Both the position numbers and the translations under genes were made by a program. From the NCBI GenBank assembly GCA_010909165.1, contig MU008153.1:496001-560000 (forward strand): a stretch of 64,000 nucleotides of DNA, given 5' to 3'. Of the stretch, positions 60,301-64,000 are shown in pieces. This DNA comes from Anthoceros angustus. Lineage: Eukaryota; Plantae; Anthocerotophyta. Positions within the stretch are counted from its first letter, which is position 1. Each line of letters opens with the position of its first letter. The notes under the pieces were generated by a model that made no database searches, was not told the origin of the DNA, and was given only the letters and a program-made list of their open reading frames with translations.

Positions 60301-62470
60301 GATGATGACAATCGGCGCCGGCGGCGCCCGACTCAAGCGGATGGGGAAGACACTGATGACCCCAAACCGGTTTGTCCGATTTCCGTTGGGGAGATGGACT
60401 AGGGGCGCCGGCCGCGCCCTGGTGCCCATTCGCTTTCGAAGGAGGAGGCGGCGCCGGCGGCGCCAGGAGGGCGGAAAGAGGCGATGATGTGGTGGAGCGA
60501 GGTGGGAAAGCGGAAGAGCACCTACGGATGTCTCCCCGGACGGACGGCGATGGCGATGTGGCGGCGGTAGTGGGAAGAAGAAGTCGAAGAGATGGAGGAA
60601 AAGGGGACCATCCGGAAAACATTGCTTGTTCATGTTCGTCTGACGAGGAAAAGGAGGATGCTATCGAGAGATGCACCCTTTGACACATTGGGACTCGGCT
60701 TACTCCAAGAAGGTGGTTCAGAAGCAGTATTAGTGAAGTGGAGAATTTGAAACCAGATCCCATATTACACCGGATGCGCGAGATAAGGAGAGTGGACGAG
60801 GCATGGGCAAATTATTTGGCTCGTGTAATATCGAAGGGAAGGATTGAGGAGGGCGTGTTGCCTCTCCTTTGCATGATCGACCGACGAGTGTGACAACCTC
60901 GCAAGTTGGTGGAAAAGGTTCGAGGCGAAGAAATATGTTATGGGCGTTCTTGGTGGGAACCATACCTTTGCGCCATGAAACATTTGGCGATATATCTCCG
61001 AAAACACGCTTCCAATATGTGGAAGCTCATGTGTCTTGTGTGTGTGGCGGAAATGCAGATGCTGCGGCAACCTGTCGATGTCGGACAAAGGAAGAAGATG
61101 TCCTTCATTGAGCGGTCGGTACTTGAGGGACGAACTACTTATTGCCAGGCGAGATGATGTCCAGATGACCATGAATTGGAAATTCAACCTATACCGTGTA
61201 TTGGGCTTGATTGAGGGGAGGTCGAAGAGATGGAGGAAAAGGGGACCATCCGGAAAACATTGCCTTTATGTTTTGACGAGGAAAAGGCTGGAGGATGCTA
61301 TCCGAGATGCAGACCCGTTGACACGAATTCGGGACTCGGCTTACTCCAAGAAGGTGGTTCAGGAAACAGTATTAGTGAAGTTGGAGAATTTGAAACCAGC
61401 ATCCCATATTACACCAGATGCGCAGATAAGGAGAGTGGACGAGGCATGGGCAAATTATTTGGCTCGTGTAATATCGAAGGGAAGGATTGAGGAGGGCGTG
61501 TTGCCTCTCCTTTGCATGATCGACCGCAGTGTGACAACCTCGAGTTGGATGGAAAAGGTTCGGGCGAAGAAATATGTTATGGGCGTTCTTGGTGGGAACC
61601 ATACCTTTGCGCCATGAAACATTTGGCGATATATCTCGAAAACACAATATGTGGAAGCTCATGTATCTTGTGGGGTGTGATGGCGGAAATGCAGTCGGCA
61701 ACCACTGTCGATGTCGGACAAAGGAAGAAGATGTCCTTCATTGAGCGGTCGGTACTTGAGGGACGAACTACTTATTGCCAGGCGAGATGATGTCCAGATG
61801 ACCATGAATTGGAAATTCAACCTATACCGTGTATTGGGCTTGATTGAGGGGAGGTCGAAGAGATGGAGGAAAAGGGGACCATCCGGAAAACATTGCCTTT
61901 ATGTTTTGACGAGGAAAAGGCTGGAGGATGCTATCGAGATGCACCCTTTGACACGATTCGGGACTCGGCTTACTCCAAGAAGGTGGTTCAGAAGCAGTAT
62001 TAGTGAAGTGGAGAATTTGAAACCAGCATCCCATATTACACCGGTATGCAGATAAGGAGAGTGGACGAGGCATGGGCAAATTATTTGGCTCGTGTAATAT
62101 CGAAGGGAAGGATTGAGGAGGGCGTGTTGCCTCTCCTTTGCATGATCGACCGCAGTGTGACAACCTCGAGTTGGATGGAAAAGGTTCGGGCGAAGAAATA
62201 TGTTATGGGCGTTCTTGGTGGGAACCATACCTTTGCGCCATGAAACATTTGGCGATATATCTCGAAAACACAATATGTGGAAGCTCATGTATCTTGTGGG
62301 GTGTGATGGCGGAAATGCAGTCGGCAACCACTGTCGATGTCGGACAAAGGAAGAAGATGTCCTTCATTGAGCGGTCGGTACTTGAGGGACGAACTACTTA
62401 TTGCCAGGCGAGATGATGTCCAGATGACCATGAATTGGAAATTCAACCTATACCGTGTATTGGGCTTGAT
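55566..62470 (+). repeat. Cluster of local direct duplications in unit 3 (periods ~305, 506, ~520 and 626 bp)
   Basis: gcatgcggaggaacaagag at 55566 and 55871. Identical 93-aa ORFs at 58357 and 58863. agatgcgagatagtg at 59636 and 60154. Identical 92-aa ORFs at 61512 and 62138. Confidence 0.9.
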
Positions 62471-64000
62471 TGAGGGCACGGAGGTCGGGAAGGCGATGTT
62501 TACAAGCGAATAAGGTGGACAATCGGACCCACATCTTATGCATTGCGGGAGGAAGGTTTGGGACAACGTGGATCGAATATTTTCAAAATGGGAGGTGGAG
62601 AATTGCGGAGAAAAACATGTTCTGAACAAGTAAGAAGGGCAAAGGCAAGCGGAAGGTACAAGAGGAGGCTCGGGTTGTTGACATTTTTACGTGGAAGAAG
62701 GATATGCTAGCAAAGCCGTGGAAATCGTTCAAGGATTCCAGTGGAGAGTGCGGTCGTGGATACTCATCACAGAAGGTGTTGGCAGTATTATCGACCTAAA
62801 AGGTATGGATGAGGAGATTACCTTACGGAAGAAGTTTCATGTTATACAAGTGGCTATGGTAAAACACTTGGGCTGCTCATCATTCGAAGAGGTTAGGTGG
62901 AATATCCTTTGCATTTGACGAAATGATAGCTCGGTTCAGACGGCATTATTTGGGAAGGTGTGCCATACTACCCATCGTTTTCTAATTCTCTCATATGTCG
63001 TGCATTACAAACCCTAACGTTCTTGCGGTGCGCCGGTGGCGAGGCCACTTCCACATGTGATGTGGGGACTTGCCAGGGCGCCGGCCGGCGCCATCTATCC
63101 ACTCCATAGACAAGGCTTGAGGCGCCGGTGGCGCGCTCTCAGCCCCTGAGATCTACGGGTGCATAATGTTTCACTGCATCTGTGTATATGCACTTACTCG
63201 TTTTGCCCTGCGCAATTGAAGGATATAGACAACTTGCGAAAATGCCGGAGGACTTTAGAATTTCATTTTAGATCAATAATTGGAAGAGTTTGGAAGAAGC
63301 GGGCGTATCTGAGATCTTCATGAAGGGCTGCACATTTTCTTGTTCTGTGGTGAGGTTCATTACCAAGTGGAAGCGAGATATTTTGGAGATGCGGGGCTAC
63401 CTTGGTGAGGAGGTACACCACATTAGTCATGGATGTGCCCGGAGGCTTTGATATTGGGCCTATGGACAAGCGGATGGATGCCACTATGTTGAGTACATTT
63501 CAGATTTTCATGAGAAAACTACAAGCGAACTTCGCATGATTGTCATGCATGGAGTGGAGGAAGCCCACACGGAATCGATCGCAGTGGTGTAAGAAGGGTG
63601 GCTGGTGTCTTTCGTGTGGGATAAAACTAACATGAGCAATGATAGGGGATTTGAAAGCGATGGAGTATGTGGAGCCGGATGGGGCTTGAAGATGGGTGTT
63701 CAAAGGATCGAGCTCGATGATGCCGAATGCCATGCATGGCACTTTTAACAATGGGAGGTCCGTCATAGGCCATGACAACATGGTAAAGCGGTGTACTTGT
63801 CCCATGACAAGTTGGTGGTATGCCCATACCAAAGGCCTCTTGGGGCGATGATGAAATTGATCAAGACCTTCTCAAAAGAAGGAGGCGGGTGGTGGGCGCA
63901 TGCTCGGGAGTGGCACAGTATTAGCTTGCTGTGGAAGCAGCGCCATCGCCAGGCGGACTTACGGTGTCTTTGGATACATCCCCAGCGCATCCACGGATCG
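57480..64000 (+). CDS. ParB-like plus amino-MTase fusion, unit 3 (internal duplications; runs off window)
   Basis: ORF 61036..61617 reads the ParB-like block in one frame. GGNHT at 60952, 61585 and 62216. MDVPGGF at 63429. TGCTCGGGAGTGGCACA at 63901. Confidence 0.68.

Larger units (their letters stand above)
50598..64000. repeat. Tandem segmental repeat, unit 3 (partial, with internal 0.3-0.6 kb duplications)
   Basis: Collinear with unit 1 positions 1 to ~10470, but expanded by local direct duplications between 55566 and 62470. Confidence 0.93.
52595..64000. mobile_element. Same TIR transposon, unit 3 (right end outside window)
   Basis: Left TIR at about 52595-52622. Transposase and ParB/MTase motifs present, with internal duplications. 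Confidence 0.8.

Overview
Plant nuclear DNA, most likely from a non-seed land plant (inferred from a PLS-type PPR remnant, a plant tRNA-Lys with TATA/CAA promoter, a copia gag and GT-AG introns). The sequence is indel-rich like an unpolished long-read assembly. Most frameshifts differ between otherwise near-identical copies, so I cannot tell whether genes are intact. The window is about 2.5 tandem copies of a ~25 kb unit (1-25117, 25118-50597, 50598->64000). Each unit holds: a PPR remnant; a small tRNA-Lys-like element; LINE pieces; a ~9 kb TIR DNA transposon; an AT-rich MITE; a truncated copia; a 3.8 kb TG..CA insertion with its own ORF; tRNA-Lys(CTT); and a two-exon TPR-SET gene. The main finding is the ~9 kb transposon, bounded by 31-bp TIRs and a probable CATG target duplication. 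It carries two divergent intron-containing genes: a DDE-type transposase on the minus strand, and on the plus strand a protein with a ParB/Srx-like domain (VLGGNHT) followed by a beta-class N4C/N6A DNA amino-methyltransferase fold (DVPxG ... VWDK ... PYQRP ... DACSGSGT). All domain calls come from motif recognition by eye across frameshifted copies, not from HMM searches.
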